NCBI GenBank assembly: GCA_038087875.1
Contig: CM075985.1
Coordinates: forward strand, 22,258,001 to 22,322,000
DNA: 64,000 nt
Direction: 5' to 3'
Source: Malacoraja senta
Taxonomy: Eukaryota
Shown: positions 62,160-64,000 of the stretch, one piece after another
Position numbering within the stretch: the stretch's first letter is position 1
Layout: the number at the start of each line of letters is the position of its first letter
Translations under genes and position numbers: made by a program
Notes under the pieces: generated by a model
Seen by the model: only the letters and a program-made list of their open reading frames with translations
Told to the model about the DNA's origin: nothing
Databases searched by the model: none

Positions 62160-63030
62160 TCAAGGCTGATTTTTCTTTCCCTCACAACCTCATTCCCTGC
62201 TTTCTCCCAGTAAACTTTGACACCGTTACTAATCAAGAACCTGTCAATTTCTGCTTTAAAAATAACCAAAGATAGTCTCAACAGCCGTCTGTGACAATGA
62301 ATTCCACAGATTCGCCACCCTCTGGATGAAGAAATTCCTCCTCATCACCTTTATAAAGGTATGTATTTTTATTCTGAGGCTGTGCTCTGTGGTCCTAGAC
62401 TCTCCCACTAGTGGAAACATCCTCTCCACATTCACTCTAACCAGGCCTTTCATTATTCAGTAAGTTTCAATGAGATCCCCATCATACTAAACTCCAGTGA
62501 GTGCAGGTCCAAGGCTATCAAACACTTCTCACACATTAACCCAATCATCCCCAGGATCATTCTCGTAAACCTCCTTTGGACCCTCTCCAACACCAACACA
62601 TCCCTCCTCAGATATGAGGCCCAGAACTGCTCACAATACTTCAAATGTAGTCTGACCAGCGTCTTATAAAGCCTCAGCATTACATTCCTGCTTTTATATT
62701 TTATATTCTAGTCCACTTGAAATGAATGCTAACATTGCATTTGCCTTTCTTACTCGTAATTCAACCTGCAAATGAACCTTTTGGGAAACCTGCACCAGCA
62801 TTCCCAAGCCCCTTTGCATCTCCGATCTTCTCCCCATTTAGAAAATAGTCTCACCATTTGGAAAATAGCCTATGCCTTTATTCCTTCTACCAAAGTGCAT
62901 GACCATACACTTTGCTACGCTGTATGCTATTTGCCACTCTCCCAACCTATCCAGGCCCTTCTGTAGACTTCCTGCTTCTTCAACACTGCCTCGCCACCTA
63001 TCTTCATATCATCCGCAAACATGGCCACAA
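62160..63030 (-). mobile_element. CR1 3' fragment
   Basis: LYKTLVRLHLKYCEQFW and RRFTRMILG motifs. Confidence 0.85.
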
Positions 63031-63279
63031 AGCCAAGTCATTAGGCATTCATTATCATTCACATCGGTCAAAGATACTTTTAATAAATACAACATTTACT
63101 CGTTATTAATTCTTCCATGTTCAATCTATCTCATTCTATCATTTTCTCTTAAAGGCTCTGTTATCCAGACTCTTACATTCCTTTGTAGCAGATTAATAAC
63201 TTGGTACTACAAGTAAATTGCTAAGCCATTTCATAGGCAGTTTAGAATCAAGCATGTTAGCATGTGGGCAGGGTCACAT

Positions 63280-63620
63280 ACTGGTTTCCACTGGTGGGAG
63301 GGTCTAGGACCAGAGGTCATGGGACCAGAGGTCATAGCCTCAGAATTAAAGGGCACTCTTTTAGAAAGGAGGTGAGGAGGAACTTCTTTAGTCAGAGGGT
63401 AGACAAACTATGGAACTCATTGTCACAGAGGGCTGTGGAGGCCAAGTCAGTGGATATTTTTAAGGCAGAGATAGACAAATTCTTGATTGGAACGGGAGTC
63501 AAGGGTTATGGGGAGAAGGCAGGAAAATTGGATTAGGAGGCAGAGATGAGCAGTGATTGAATGACGGAGTAGACTCGATGGGCCGAATGGCCTACGTCTA
63601 CCCATAACTTGTGAACATAC
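63280..63620 (+). mobile_element. CR1 3' fragment
   Basis: FPLVG.SRTRGH..FFSQRV..LWNSL..GYGEKAG; short tandem duplication of GGACCAGAGGTCAT. Confidence 0.85.
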
Positions 63621-64000
63621 AGAGCACCATGGAGAGATTCGAGATGGTTCCTTCCATGAAAGAGTAGTACAATTCCGCAAAGGTTCGGCGGCTTCATAGT
63701 CACTTTTACTAAAATTAGTTAATTTAATTTCAGATTTTTAAAAGCATATTTAAATTTTCAGAATATTGTGGGATTAGAATGTACACTTTCCTTCAGATAA
63801 ACCAAGACTTTTGTATTAGTAGTATGACAGCCTGACCTGAGCAGGAGCTGGGAATAACTGGGGAATTGGCATGAATTGGCATGACCAATGGTCATGATAC
63901 ACGTAATATATAATGGAATCACACATATACATAGACATGGATAATCTGTATATGTTTAATATGTAGCCTCCTAATACAGTCAAATGTAAATTCCTATGCT

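Overview
Eukaryotic, repeat-dominated window with no intact host gene detected. HE1/V-SINE-like SINEs, abundant CR1, Rex/Babar and Penelope elements suggest an elasmobranch such as a skate or ray (inference). Main contents: (1) an ~8-kb head-to-tail stack of six non-autonomous Helitrons (2557-10562) and two more Helitrons in opposite orientations (40889-41591, 43711-45318); (2) a near full-length CR1 LINE with an uninterrupted 944-aa ORF2, a near full-length disabled Rex/Babar LINE, and many CR1 fragments; (3) a Penelope-like GIY-YIG fragment, plus more than 10 short palindromic derivatives that share its 3' end, carry hammerhead-ribozyme cores and in several cases have 11-14-bp TSDs; (4) several TIR elements: Harbinger-like, hAT-like, one with a 7-bp TSD, and a 32-bp micro-element with an 8-bp TSD; (5) an orphan ~130-codon copper amine oxidase (AOC2/AOC3-like) fragment at ~43.1-43.5 kb inside a rearranged TE cluster. 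All calls were made by eye, and boundaries of decayed repeats are approximate.
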